Shown: positions 53,138-62,656, counted from the first letter of the stretch. The stretch: 64,000 nt of DNA from a bacterium (GCA_019637795.1 JAHBUY010000007.1:150286-214285), one strand, 5' to 3'. Translations and numbers: made by a program. The notes: a model not told the origin generated them from the letters alone.

Positions 53138-54138
53138 AAGCCCTGATCACCGCGTCGTTCACGCCCGAAGGGGTGGAGCGCCTCCGCCGTCACATGGACG
53201 TCGTGCACGAGGATTGGCGCGCCCGGCATTCGATCTACTTCGACGGCGAGGAATTCGCGCGCCGCATCCGCGCCGTCGGGGCGGACATCCTGATCGTCGA
53301 GGCCGACCTCGTGCACGACGAGGTGCTGACCGCCGTTCCGCTCCGCCTGATCGGCTGCTGCCGTGGGGACCCGATCAACATCGGCGTCGAGCGCGCCACG
53401 GCGCTGGGGATTCCAGTGCTCTTCGCGCCGGGTCGCAACGCCGATGCGGTCGCCGACCTGACGCTGGGCTTCATGCTCGCCCTGGCACGCCACATCTACA
53501 CCGTGAACGCGTTGCTCAAGTCGGGACAGATGACCTTCTCCGCGACACGCGATTATCTCGACATCTACAACACCTACGGCGGCTTCGAGCTCGGCGGGGT
53601 AACGGTCGGCGTGGTCGGATTCGGCGCCATCGGACGCCGCGTCGTGCGGCGGCTGCGCGCCTTCGGCAGCCGGGTCCTCGTCTTCGACCCATTCGTCGCC
53701 CCCGAGGCGGTGCGCGACGCCGGGGCCGAGCCGGCCGCCCTCGATGACCTCGTCCGCAGCGTCGACATCCTGACCCTGCACTGTCCCGACACGCCCGAGA
53801 ACTACGGCCTGATCAGCGCCGAGCGGATTCGCGGCATGAAACGGGGGGCGTACGTGCTGAATCTGGCGCGGGCGGCGATCGTCGACGACGAGGCGCTCTA
53901 CGCGGCGCTGCGCGACGGCGATCTCGCGGGTGCGGCCTTGGACGTCTTCGCCGACGAGCCGGTGCGGCCGGAGAACCGCTACGTGCGGCTGCCGAACGTG
54001 CTGGTCGCGCCGCACCTCGGCGGCGCGACGCGTGACGTCGTGCGACATCAGACCGAGATGATCGTCGACGGTATCGAGGCCTGGCTGGGCGGCGAACCGC
54101 CCCGCCACATCGTCAATCCCGCGGTTCTCGGGCGCTGA
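53134..54138 (+). CDS. D-isomer-specific 2-hydroxyacid dehydrogenase family
   Basis: APGRNADAVAD, GVVGFGAIG, LNLARA, LDVF..EP, PHLGG. Confidence 0.9.
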   Translation: MKALITASFTPEGVERLRRHMDVVHEDWRARHSIYFDGEEFARRIRAVGADILIVEADLVHDEVLTAVPLRLIGCCRGDPINIGVERATALGIPVLFAPGRNADAVADLTLGFMLALARHIYTVNALLKSGQMTFSATRDYLDIYNTYGGFELGGVTVGVVGFGAIGRRVVRRLRAFGSRVLVFDPFVAPEAVRDAGAEPAALDDLVRSVDILTLHCPDTPENYGLISAERIRGMKRGAYVLNLARAAIVDDEALYAALRDGDLAGAALDVFADEPVRPENRYVRLPNVLVAPHLGGATRDVVRHQTEMIVDGIEAWLGGEPPRHIVNPAVLGR

Positions 54139-54145
54139 GCGGCCA

Positions 54146-55642
54146 ATGGCGGCGATCGCCGTCTTCGACGCCGGCACTGGCGGGGCGAAGTGCACCGTAT
54201 TCGATCTCACCGGCAGGCTGCGCGGCTACCACAGCGAGGCGTGGAGCTACAGCGTGCGCGCCCATCGCGATGTGCCGCTGGTGAAGGAATACGCGTTCGA
54301 CCCGGATGCCTTCTGGGGTGCCCTGGCGCGCTGCATGCGGATGGCGCTGGCGCAGTCGGGCGTCGATCCGGCGGAGGTGATCGGCGCCGTGACCACCAGT
54401 CAGCGCGAGGGGTGCGTGTTCCTCGCCGCCGATGGGCGCGAGATCTACGCCGGCCCGAATCTGGACAGCCGGGGATTCATGGAGGGTCTGGAGATCCTCG
54501 GTAGCCTCGGAGCGGAGCGCCTCTACGCGATCACCGGCCACTCGGCGCCGTTCATCTTCCCCCTGGCGCGCTATCTCTGGTACCGCAAGCAGGGCGGCGA
54601 GCCGGTGGCGCGCATCCTGATGATCAACGACTGGATGAGCTTCCGGCTCTGCGGCGCGCTGGCGGCGGAACCGTCGAACGCCAGCGAGTCGATGCTGTTC
54701 GATTTCCGCGCCCGGCAGTGGTCGGAGGAGATCCTGGAGCGCTTCGCGATTCCGCCTGGCATCCTGCCGGCGATCGTCCCCTGCGGCGCGGCGATCGGCA
54801 CCGTGAGCGCGGCGGCTGCGGCGGCGACGGGCCTGCGTGAGGGCACGCCGGTGTTCGCCGGCGGCGCCGACACGCAGTGTGCGCTGTTGGGGGCCGGCGC
54901 GGTGGAGGTTGGCGACACGGCGGCCATCCTCGGCACGACGACGCCGGTACAAGCGGTCGTCGGCGCACCCCTCCTCGATCCGACGGCCAATCTCTGGGCC
55001 GGGTGTCACGTCGTACCCGAGCGCTGGGTCATCGAGTCCAACGGCGGCAGCACCGGTGATGCCTATCTCTGGTTGCTCGATCTGCTGGTCGGCGGCGATG
55101 GTGATCGCTTCGCGCGCGCCGAGGCGCTGGCGGCGGCGGCGGCCGACGGCGCCGCGTATGCCTTCATCGGCCCGCGGGTGTTCGACCTCACGCGCATTCG
55201 CCCCGACATGCCGGGTGGCATCCTGTTTCCGTTCCCCACGCTGCAGTTGCGGCCGAGCGCCGGCGAGCTGTTGCGCGCCTTCCTGTCGAGCATCGCCTTC
55301 GCGGTGCGCGCGAATGCAGCGCAGATCGCCGCCGTGACTGGGCGACCGGCGGCGGAGATCATCGTCGGTGGGGGGATGTCCCGCAGCCCGTTGCTCGTGC
55401 GCCTCGTCGCCGACAGTTGTGGGGTGCCGGTGCGACGGGCGCTGGAGCCGCAGAGCACGGGACTGGGATGCGCGATGCTGGTCGCGGTTGGCGCCGGGGC
55501 GCATGCCGATCCGGCGAGCGCCGGACGCGCCATGTGCCGTCACGAGGTGATCGCACCCGACGCGGAGCGGCGTGAGGCGCTCGAGTCTGGCTTCCGCAAA
55601 TGGCGCGAGCTCTACGACAACCTCGAAACCCACTCGATCTGA
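54146..55642 (+). CDS. FGGY-family carbohydrate kinase (LsrK-like)
   Basis: FDAGTGG.K, TTSQREG, GGADTQCA..G, LGTT, GGMS.S. Confidence 0.88.
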   Translation: MAAIAVFDAGTGGAKCTVFDLTGRLRGYHSEAWSYSVRAHRDVPLVKEYAFDPDAFWGALARCMRMALAQSGVDPAEVIGAVTTSQREGCVFLAADGREIYAGPNLDSRGFMEGLEILGSLGAERLYAITGHSAPFIFPLARYLWYRKQGGEPVARILMINDWMSFRLCGALAAEPSNASESMLFDFRARQWSEEILERFAIPPGILPAIVPCGAAIGTVSAAAAAATGLREGTPVFAGGADTQCALLGAGAVEVGDTAAILGTTTPVQAVVGAPLLDPTANLWAGCHVVPERWVIESNGGSTGDAYLWLLDLLVGGDGDRFARAEALAAAAADGAAYAFIGPRVFDLTRIRPDMPGGILFPFPTLQLRPSAGELLRAFLSSIAFAVRANAAQIAAVTGRPAAEIIVGGGMSRSPLLVRLVADSCGVPVRRALEPQSTGLGCAMLVAVGAGAHADPASAGRAMCRHEVIAPDAERREALESGFRKWRELYDNLETHSI

Positions 55643-55654
55643 GAGGCCGCTGCC

Positions 55655-56308
55655 ATGGAGTTGATTCACGCCGCCTACGAACCCGCGGGCCCCGGTCCGC
55701 ATCCGACGTTGATCGCGCTGCACGGCTGGGGCGCCAATGCCCTCGACCTGCTCGGCCTGGCACCCCATCTCGGCGACGGGCAGATCCTCGTGCTCTGCCC
55801 CCAAGGCCCGCTCGAGGTGCCGATCGCTCCCGGGATGAACGGCTATGGGTGGTTCCCCATCACCATGGGGGCGCCACCCGACCCCGGAACATTCGCGCGC
55901 TCCGTCGACGCGCTCGACGGCTTCATCGGCGCCGCGCAGCGGCGGTATCCGATTGCCGGCGACCGGCTGGCGCTGCTCGGCTTCAGTCAGGGGGGTGTGA
56001 TGGCGTACGCGCTGGCGCTCCGGCACGGTCGGGCACTGGCCGCGGTGGCGGCGCTGTCCACCTGGTTCGCGCCCGGCCTCGGCGGGGCGGCGTCGCTGGA
56101 GGGCCTGCCCGTGCTCGTCCAGCACGGCACGCGCGACGAGCTGATCGACGTATCGCGCGGCCGGGAGTCGGTCGAGGCGCTGAGGGCCGCCGGCGCCGAC
56201 GTGCGCTACCGCGAGTACGAGATGGGTCACGAGATCACGGCCGACAGCCTGCGGGAGCTGGCGGCCTTCCTCGGCGAACAGTTGTTGCCGCGGATCGTGT
56301 TGCCCTGA
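55655..56308 (+). CDS. Phospholipase/carboxylesterase
   Basis: LHGWG, GFSQGG, QHGT.D, MGH. Confidence 0.9.
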   Translation: MELIHAAYEPAGPGPHPTLIALHGWGANALDLLGLAPHLGDGQILVLCPQGPLEVPIAPGMNGYGWFPITMGAPPDPGTFARSVDALDGFIGAAQRRYPIAGDRLALLGFSQGGVMAYALALRHGRALAAVAALSTWFAPGLGGAASLEGLPVLVQHGTRDELIDVSRGRESVEALRAAGADVRYREYEMGHEITADSLRELAAFLGEQLLPRIVLP

Positions 56309-56349
56309 GCCGGGGAGCGACCGCCGCGCCGGCGGTCGCTCCCCGGCTC
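56307..56349. terminator. Perfect 19-bp hairpin between convergent genes
   Basis: GAGCCGGGGAGCGACCGCC-GCGCC-GGCGGTCGCTCCCCGGCTC; no U-tract. Confidence 0.7.
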
Positions 56350-56353
56350 GCGG

Positions 56354-57736
56354 TCACTGCTTGGCCGCGAGCAACGTGGTGACCAGGGTGTCGCCGACCA
56401 TGGCGCCATCCAGGGTTGGGAAGGCGGTGGCGAGCGCGCTGCGCAGCGGCGCGTTGGGGTTGGTGATGATCGCGTCGCAATCGACGCCGGAGCCGCTCAC
56501 CTTGGTGACGCACTGGGTGGTGCCGCCGCAGGTCGCGCCGTCCTTGATCGCGTCGCCGGCGGTGTTGTTGACGTCGTAGATCGCCACTTCCGCCGAACCC
56601 GAGGTGGTCGGCGCGATGTTCGCCGTGCCCTTCTCCAGATCGTCGTCGGTGCACGGCAGGCAGTCGGGTCCGTAGTCCGCGTAGAGACACTTGCCGTTGC
56701 GCATCGGCTTGCTCGTCGTGCACGCGGCGCCGTCCTGCAGCAGGCCGATCGAGGAGCTGTTGACGAGGAGCACGGCGCCGCGCGCCGCCTGACCGCCGGA
56801 GAAGGTCACGATGCGCGGGCTGTTGCACGCGGCGGGAGTCACCGCCGGCGGGAAGTGCGTGTTGTTCTCGGTCGAGCACAGGGCACCACTACCCTCGCGG
56901 CAGGCCGAAGAGTGGATGTAGCGGCCGGCGGTGCTGGTGTCGTCGCATTCCGGATCGTCGGGAAGCCCCGAGGCGGAACCGCCGTTGCCAGGGCTTCCGG
57001 GCGTGGTGTTGTGATCCTGTTCGACCTTGAAGTTGATGTCGGTGAGTCCCTCGCTGCCGCAGCCGATCACGCCAACGCCGGAGATGCCGGGGCCGAAATC
57101 GTCGACCGGCACGCCGCGCACGCAGGCGCAGGCGATGCCGAACACGGGCACTGGATTGAACTGCACGTCGGCGCCCTTGATGACCACCGGAATCTCACCG
57201 GCCTTGAAGATCTGGGCGCCGTCCTTGCCGATCACCGGCACGTCGCGATAGGCGCCGACGGTCAACACCTGGGTGCCGCTCAGTTGCAGTGGGATGGCCA
57301 GGGTTCGGACCTGCGCTGTTGCCTTGGCGCGGGCGGGATCCAGCTCGGTCACGCGGCGGGTTTCCAGCGTGCAGTTGGCGGCGCAGCCGTCGCCGCCCTG
57401 GTTGTTGCCGTCATCGCACGTCTCGCCAGCGACGTTCATCTGGCCGTCGCCGCACACCTCGTTGCCGCCGATCGGGCTGCAGCCGGCGAGCGCGGCGTTC
57501 ACCGCCGCGATCAGCTCGTTGATGGCGACGGAGCCGTCGCCGTTGACGTCGCAGGGCGCGCAGGAGGGCACCGTCGCGCTGCCGAGGGCGATGTTGACGC
57601 AGAGCACGAGCTCGTTGATGGCGACGTCGCCGCCGCCATCGCAGTCGCCGGCGCAGCGCTCCTCGGCACCCGCGCCGCTGACTCCGCCCATCATGAGAAG
57701 CGCCGCCGTCAGGGCGGCGAGTCGGGGATGACGCAT
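56354..57736 (-). CDS. Secreted protein with N-terminal dockerin-like module, Cys-rich CGDG repeat and unknown C-terminal domain (paralog 1)
   Basis: Signal peptide; CAGDCDGGGDVAINELV.CVNIALG; CGDG...GETCDDGN...DGCAANC. Confidence 0.85.
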   Translation of the reverse strand: MRHPRLAALTAALLMMGGVSGAGAEERCAGDCDGGGDVAINELVLCVNIALGSATVPSCAPCDVNGDGSVAINELIAAVNAALAGCSPIGGNEVCGDGQMNVAGETCDDGNNQGGDGCAANCTLETRRVTELDPARAKATAQVRTLAIPLQLSGTQVLTVGAYRDVPVIGKDGAQIFKAGEIPVVIKGADVQFNPVPVFGIACACVRGVPVDDFGPGISGVGVIGCGSEGLTDINFKVEQDHNTTPGSPGNGGSASGLPDDPECDDTSTAGRYIHSSACREGSGALCSTENNTHFPPAVTPAACNSPRIVTFSGGQAARGAVLLVNSSSIGLLQDGAACTTSKPMRNGKCLYADYGPDCLPCTDDDLEKGTANIAPTTSGSAEVAIYDVNNTAGDAIKDGATCGGTTQCVTKVSGSGVDCDAIITNPNAPLRSALATAFPTLDGAMVGDTLVTTLLAAKQ

Positions 57737-57759
57737 CGGGATCCTCCAGAGCCAAGAAA

Positions 57760-57791
57760 GAAGGGGTGATGCGTTGTCGCATCACCCCTTC
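57760..57791 (-). terminator. Intrinsic terminator-like hairpin between the paralogs
   Basis: 14-bp perfect stem GAAGGGGTGATGCG/CGCATCACCCCTTC, followed by TTTCTT on the - strand. Confidence 0.75.
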
Positions 57792-57825
57792 CGCTCATGT
57801 TGCGATCACCTGAGGCGGTCTCGTC

Positions 57826-59193
57826 TTACTGGTTCGAGAACACCGTGCAGGTCACGTTGTCGCCGATCTGCGCCGCGTCGATCGACGTGAAGCAGACGCC
57901 GAGCGAGCCGCCCGACAGAGTTCCGGGAGGGCAGCCGGACTCGGGGCACGGCGTCAGCTTGCTGCAGTCGAAGGCCGAGCCCGTCACCGACGTCGCGCAC
58001 GGCGCGCCGAAGCAGCTCTGGTCCTTGTCGATCACTGCGTTGCCGTTGTTGGCGTCGAACAGCGCCGCTTCGGCGCTTCCGCTCGTGGTCGGGTTGGTCT
58101 CGGTGTTGCCCTTCTGCAGGTCGTCGTCGGTGCAGGGCAGGCAGTCCGGCCCGTAGTCCTCGTAGACGCACTTGCCGTTGCGCATCGGCTTGTTGGTGGC
58201 ACAGGCGCCGGCATCCGACAGCAGGCCGATCGCCGTGCTGTTGACGATGTACGCCGAGCCCTTGGGGGCAGTGCCGCCGCTGAAGGTGAGGATCCGCGGG
58301 CCATTGCAGGCGGCCGGAACCACTCCAGGGGGGACGTGCGTGCTGTTGTTGGTCGAGCACCGCTCGCCGACGCCCTCGCGGCACGCCTCTGACGTTCCGC
58401 CCGCGGGCAACGGGGCCGTGTCGTCGCACTCCGGATCATCGGGCGTTCCCATGCGGAAGTTGCCCTTGCTGCCCGGCGCGGTGTTGTGGTCCTGGACCAT
58501 CCGATAGCTGATGTCCGTCAGGCCCTGGTCGCCGCAGCCGACCGATCCGCTGGCTGAAATGCCGGGGCCGAAGGCGTCGACCGGGATGCCGCGCACGCAG
58601 GCGCAGACGAGACCGGTCACCTTGACTGGATCGAACTTCAGCTCCGAGGCCTTGATCACCGCCGGGATCTCGCCCGCCGGGATGACGCCGCCGCCCACCT
58701 GGGTGGTGGCCGTGGCGCGCGCGTGCCCGGTGCGGAAGGTCTGCTGGCCGGTGAGGTTCAGGGTGATCGGAAGCGCTTCGGTCTGCACGGTCGCCACGGT
58801 CTTCTCGGGATCGAACACACCGACGCGCGCGTCCTCGGTGGTGCAGTTGGCTGCGCAGCCATCACCGCCGAAGATGTTGCCGTCGTCGCACTCCTCGCCC
58901 TCTTCCTTGGTGCCGTTGCCGCAGATCGCGCCCGACGTGCCACCGCACCCTTCGAGAGCCTTGTTGACCGACGCGATCAACTCGTTGATCGCCACCTCCC
59001 CGTTGCCATTCACATCGCAGGACGGGCAGGCGGAGACCTGCGAGCTGCCGAGCGCGATGTTGACGCAGGTGATCAACTCGTTGATGGCGACCGAGTTGTC
59101 GCCGTTACAATCTCCTGGGCAGGTCTGAGCCGTACCCGCGCTGCTCCAGAACAGCGCGGCACACCCGACCGCCATCCACATGAATCGCTTCAT
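57826..59193 (-). CDS. Secreted dockerin-like/Cys-rich protein (paralog 2)
   Basis: Same architecture; shares KPMRNGKC.Y.DYGPDCLPCTDDDL.KG with paralog 1. Confidence 0.85.
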   Translation of the reverse strand: MKRFMWMAVGCAALFWSSAGTAQTCPGDCNGDNSVAINELITCVNIALGSSQVSACPSCDVNGNGEVAINELIASVNKALEGCGGTSGAICGNGTKEEGEECDDGNIFGGDGCAANCTTEDARVGVFDPEKTVATVQTEALPITLNLTGQQTFRTGHARATATTQVGGGVIPAGEIPAVIKASELKFDPVKVTGLVCACVRGIPVDAFGPGISASGSVGCGDQGLTDISYRMVQDHNTAPGSKGNFRMGTPDDPECDDTAPLPAGGTSEACREGVGERCSTNNSTHVPPGVVPAACNGPRILTFSGGTAPKGSAYIVNSTAIGLLSDAGACATNKPMRNGKCVYEDYGPDCLPCTDDDLQKGNTETNPTTSGSAEAALFDANNGNAVIDKDQSCFGAPCATSVTGSAFDCSKLTPCPESGCPPGTLSGGSLGVCFTSIDAAQIGDNVTCTVFSNQ

Positions 59194-59228
59194 GAACGCT
59201 CCCTTCGTTTTGCGCCCGAGGTAGTTGC

Positions 59229-59283
59229 CGTAATCGACCGGATTACGTTCATTGAAATACGTTTGAAAATTTTGTGTCAAGGG
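59229..59283 (-). promoter_or_regulatory. AT-rich promoter region with palindromic operator candidate
   Basis: TTGACA on the - strand (59275-59280); CGTAATC-GACCG-GATTACG palindrome at 59229-59247. Confidence 0.55.
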
Positions 59284-59468
59284 TTTCACGCTGCGGCGCT
59301 CCAGCGAAGCGGATCGACATCGAATTCGCGGACCGTCCGCGCCCCGGCCCCGGCCATGGGCGTTCGGATGTGGGTGGAGCCGTCTGCCTCGACTTGCTCG
59401 CGCATTCGGCGTGTGGTACCCGACTGCGATTGCTGGCGGCTCGGAGCCAGCAATCCCCATACACCTGA

Positions 59469-59541
59469 TCCCCGGTAGCTCAGTCGGTAGAGCGATCGGC
59501 TGTTAACCGATTGGTCGCTGGTTCGAGTCCGGCCCGGGGAG
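59469..59541 (+). tRNA. tRNA-Asn(GTT)
   Basis: TCCCCGG/CCGGGGA acceptor, ATCGG-CTGTTAA-CCGAT anticodon arm, GTTCGAGT T-loop. Confidence 0.95.
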
Positions 59542-59547
59542 CCTGCG

Positions 59548-59581
59548 GAGGGGGCGGGTTGCTACGGCAACCCGCCCCCTC
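59548..59581. terminator. Hairpin with C(UACG)G tetraloop between convergent tRNAs
   Basis: 15-bp perfect stem GAGGGGGCGGGTTGC-TACG-GCAACCCGCCCCCTC. Confidence 0.75.
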
Positions 59582-59645
59582 GACGCTACTGAGATGGCTC
59601 CCTCAGCGCGCATCACGCCGCGCGGCGCGAGAGGGGAGGAAGGAG

Positions 59646-59718
59646 AGGCGGCGAGCGGATTCGAACCGCTGCATGGAGGTTTTGCAGACCTCTCCCTTAA
59701 CCACTTGGGTACGCCGCC
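59646..59718 (-). tRNA. tRNA-Cys(GCA)
   Basis: GGCGGCG/CGCCGCC acceptor, U73, anticodon loop CTGCAAA. Confidence 0.95.
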
Positions 59719-59801
59719 GTACCGGAGGCAGCTAACACGGGCGCTCCAGCGCCGCAACCGCGGCGCGGCCGTCGCGGACGCGATTCGCGCCCTCGGTTCG
59801 A

Positions 59802-60035
59802 TCACCGCTTGCCTTTGGCGCGCTTGCGAACCGATCCTTTGGTCTTGGCGTCGTCATACCGCTCGAGCCCTTCGTTGAGCAGCGCGACCACCACCTCGCC
59901 CTTGCCGGCGTTGAGCAGATCGACAACGTCGTCGATGCGCTGGATCAGATCGACGGGCACCCGTACGGACAGCAGCTTCATCGGAACGAGCTCGCTGCGT
60001 TCCTTGAGATCCTCGAGCTTCAGGTCACGCTTCAT
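59802..60035 (-). CDS. Ribbon-helix-helix-like small DNA-binding protein
   Basis: LLSVRVPVDLIQRIDD...GKGEVVVALL; basic C-terminal tail. Confidence 0.6.
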   Translation of the reverse strand: MKRDLKLEDLKERSELVPMKLLSVRVPVDLIQRIDDVVDLLNAGKGEVVVALLNEGLERYDDAKTKGSVRKRAKGKR

Positions 60036-60225
60036 CAGTCTCCCCTCGCTGAGCCGCTCGGCAGCCAGTTGCCGAGCTAGACAATCTGCTGTCTATCGGC
60101 GGTGCTGCGGCAAAGCAAGGCTGCTGACACGCTGCTAGTCGCACGCGCCGCAAGCGGCATTGACAACGCCTGCGAGCATTGGGGAGGATCTCCCCGCCGT
60201 GGACGCGCGCAGCGCCGCGGCGGTG

Positions 60226-60693
60226 TCAGGCGACGTGACGCAGCGCGCCCTGTTGCGCCGCGTGCGCTGCGATCGCCGCCCAGCCATCCCGGTACGGGGC
60301 ATAGCGTCCCTTGTACTGGCGGCGGCCGCCGTGCAGCGAGAAGGTCTTGCCGCTGACGGCCTCCCAGGGGATGACGAAGACCTCGTCTCTGCCGGCGTCC
60401 TCCAGACGGGCACCGAAGCATACGAAGAAGTCCGTGTAGCGATCCCGTAGCTGGCCGTGGTGATGAAAATTGAAGTGCCACGTTTGATACCGGTATTGGT
60501 ACCGGCGGCCCGCGACGGTGACGCAGTGGCGGCGCATGCCGGGAAACGCGACCCGCAAGGTGACGCGGGTGGTCCCGTTGACCAGGAGGTCGTACCCGGC
60601 GGCGCTCGGGAATGGACGCACGGAGAGTCCCATGCGTCGGAGGCGCGCGGCGACCCGCCGCTTGGGCAGGTCGTGTTTGGCAAGTCTGTTCAC
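60226..60693 (-). CDS. Hypothetical protein, possible degenerate PD-(D/E)XK fold
   Basis: YDLLVNG...TLRV, DFFVC, FVIPW, Y...W pattern; no clear E-x-K. Confidence 0.55.
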   Translation of the reverse strand: MNRLAKHDLPKRRVAARLRRMGLSVRPFPSAAGYDLLVNGTTRVTLRVAFPGMRRHCVTVAGRRYQYRYQTWHFNFHHHGQLRDRYTDFFVCFGARLEDAGRDEVFVIPWEAVSGKTFSLHGGRRQYKGRYAPYRDGWAAIAAHAAQQGALRHVA

Positions 60694-60785
60694 GCTCGCT
60701 TTGACGCCGCGGAACTCCAGCTTATTCGATGCGCTCTCTGATCTGATGCCACGGCGTGGCGCCGATGCGGCGAGGAAGGAGGAGA

Positions 60786-60859
60786 TGGCGGCGGAGTGAC
60801 TCGAACACTCGACACCGGGATTATGAGACCCGTGCTCTAGCCACCTGAGCTACGCCGCC
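60786..60859 (-). tRNA. tRNA with CAT anticodon, probably elongator Met (Ile2 not excluded)
   Basis: G1-C72 pair (not initiator); anticodon loop CTCATAA. Confidence 0.88.
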
Positions 60860-60906
60860 CGCGAGGTTGGTTAGTGGACGGGTGCCGCCCGGTCAAGACG
60901 ACCCAT

Positions 60907-61599
60907 TCACTCCAGCGCGTCGGCGACGACGTGGCGCTGGCCGCGACCGATCTGCCAGACGGTGCGCGCGTCGATTTCGAGGCAACTGAGGCGGTTGCCA
61001 TAGACGAGTCCGGTGTCGAGGCCGACCTTGTACGGCAGGTCGACGAACACGTCGCGGTGGGGCGTGTGCCCGAAGAGCACCGTGTAGGGGAACGGATGCG
61101 CCTGGGCGATGAAATCCTCGCGGATCCAGAGGAGATCCTCCTCCGACTGCGAGGCGAGCGGCCGGTTCGGGCGGACGCCAGCGTGGACGCAGAGGAAATT
61201 GTCGAAGTACGCGTGCGTCCGGAGTCCGGCCAAAAAGGCACGGTGCTCGGCCGGCAGGTGTCGCGCGACGGCCGCGCCCGACAGTCCGTGGCAGCCGTAG
61301 CTGGCGAGCGTCGCGTCGCCCCCATTCCACAAAAAGGCGTCGCCGTGACGGCCGGGCTCTCCCATGAAGGCGAGGAACATGTCCTCGTGATTGCCCTTGA
61401 GAAAGATGCACTCCGGCCCCTCGCGGCGCAGGCGGAGCAGGCGGTCGACGACGCCGCGCGGGTCGGGGCCGCGATCCACGTAGTCGCCGAGGAAGCAGAT
61501 CGCGTCTCCGGCGCCGGGAGCCAGGTGGTCGAGGAGGCGCTCGAGCTCGTCGCGACAGCCGTGTACGTCGCCGACGACGAAGCGTCTCCCGACGCTCAT
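60907..61599 (-). CDS. PPP-family metallophosphoesterase (Ser/Thr phosphatase-like)
   Basis: GDVHG, GDYVDRG, GNHE, FGHT. Confidence 0.92.
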   Translation of the reverse strand: MSVGRRFVVGDVHGCRDELERLLDHLAPGAGDAICFLGDYVDRGPDPRGVVDRLLRLRREGPECIFLKGNHEDMFLAFMGEPGRHGDAFLWNGGDATLASYGCHGLSGAAVARHLPAEHRAFLAGLRTHAYFDNFLCVHAGVRPNRPLASQSEEDLLWIREDFIAQAHPFPYTVLFGHTPHRDVFVDLPYKVGLDTGLVYGNRLSCLEIDARTVWQIGRGQRHVVADALE

Positions 61600-62588
61600 G
61601 ACGCCTTGCCCGCCCTGTCTGGTTCCGCGAGCAGAGCGTCGGCGAATGCCGGATCGGCAAGGATCTGCCGCATGGCGGCGTAGGGGTCCAGTGCGCCCTG
61701 CTCGACTGCACGGACGACCGTGGCGCAGGTGGCGCCGGCGAGGGCGCGGCTGGCGCGACGATCGAGCTCGTCGCGCAGGGTGTGCATGAGCTCACTGCGG
61801 CGGCCGGCCGCCATCCTTCGGGCTCCCTCGCCGCTGGCGTCCAGATAGGCGCGGTGCGCCGCCACCTGCGTCACGAGCTCGGGGATGCCCTTGCCCTCGA
61901 CGGCGACGGTCAACAGCACCGGCACGTTCCAGCCGGACGGTGGCCGCAGGGTCAGCGTCAGTTCCAGCTCCGACTTCATGCGCGCCGCGCCCTCGCGATC
62001 GGCCTTGTTGACGACGAAGATGTCGGCGATCTCCAACAGTCCTGCCTTCATCGCCTGTACGGTGTCGCCGGCCTCGGGCACCAGCACCACGATCACCGTC
62101 TCCGCGAGGCGCATGACGTCGAATTCGTTCTGCCCGACGCCCACGGTCTCGACGATGATGGCATCCTGACCGAACGCGGCCATCAGCCGGGTCACCTCGC
62201 GCGCCGCCCGCGCCAGGCCGCCGACATTGCCGCGCGCGCTGAGGCTGCGGATGAACACGCCGGCGTCGAGGAAGTGGCCCTGCATGCGGATCCGATCGCC
62301 GAGCACGGCGCCGCCGGAGAACGGACTCGATGGGTCGACGGCGACCACGCCCACGCGCTGTCCCGCCTGCCGGAACGCACCGATCAGGCGGTCGACCAGC
62401 GTCGACTTGCCAGCTCCCGGCGGTCCGGTGATGCCGAGCACCCGCGCCTGCTCGCCCCGGCCGTGCAGGCGGGCCATGATCTCGGCCGCTTCCGGGTCGC
62501 GGTTCTCGACCAGGGTCAGCAGCTTCGCCAAGCCGACTCGGTCGCCGGCGAGCATGCGCTCGAGAAGCGCGGCCGTCCGCTCGGTCAT
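61596..62588 (-). CDS. meaB: MeaB/ArgK GTPase chaperone of B12 mutases
   Basis: GITGPPGAGKST, DPSSPFSGGAVLGDRIRM, ETVGVGQ, VNKAD. Confidence 0.93.
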   Translation of the reverse strand: MTERTAALLERMLAGDRVGLAKLLTLVENRDPEAAEIMARLHGRGEQARVLGITGPPGAGKSTLVDRLIGAFRQAGQRVGVVAVDPSSPFSGGAVLGDRIRMQGHFLDAGVFIRSLSARGNVGGLARAAREVTRLMAAFGQDAIIVETVGVGQNEFDVMRLAETVIVVLVPEAGDTVQAMKAGLLEIADIFVVNKADREGAARMKSELELTLTLRPPSGWNVPVLLTVAVEGKGIPELVTQVAAHRAYLDASGEGARRMAAGRRSELMHTLRDELDRRASRALAGATCATVVRAVEQGALDPYAAMRQILADPAFADALLAEPDRAGKAS

Positions 62589-62656
62589 CAGGCGTGTCCT
62601 ACCCTGCCCATTGGCGACGCACAACGCCGCCGTTCCCGCTGCGGGTTTCTGCTGCG

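Noticed and set aside
59631-60800. att-like repeat between the 3' ends of tRNA-Cys and tRNA-Met
   Set aside because: Similarity is limited to shared GGCGGCG acceptor stems and purine-rich flanks; no integrase and no exact core.
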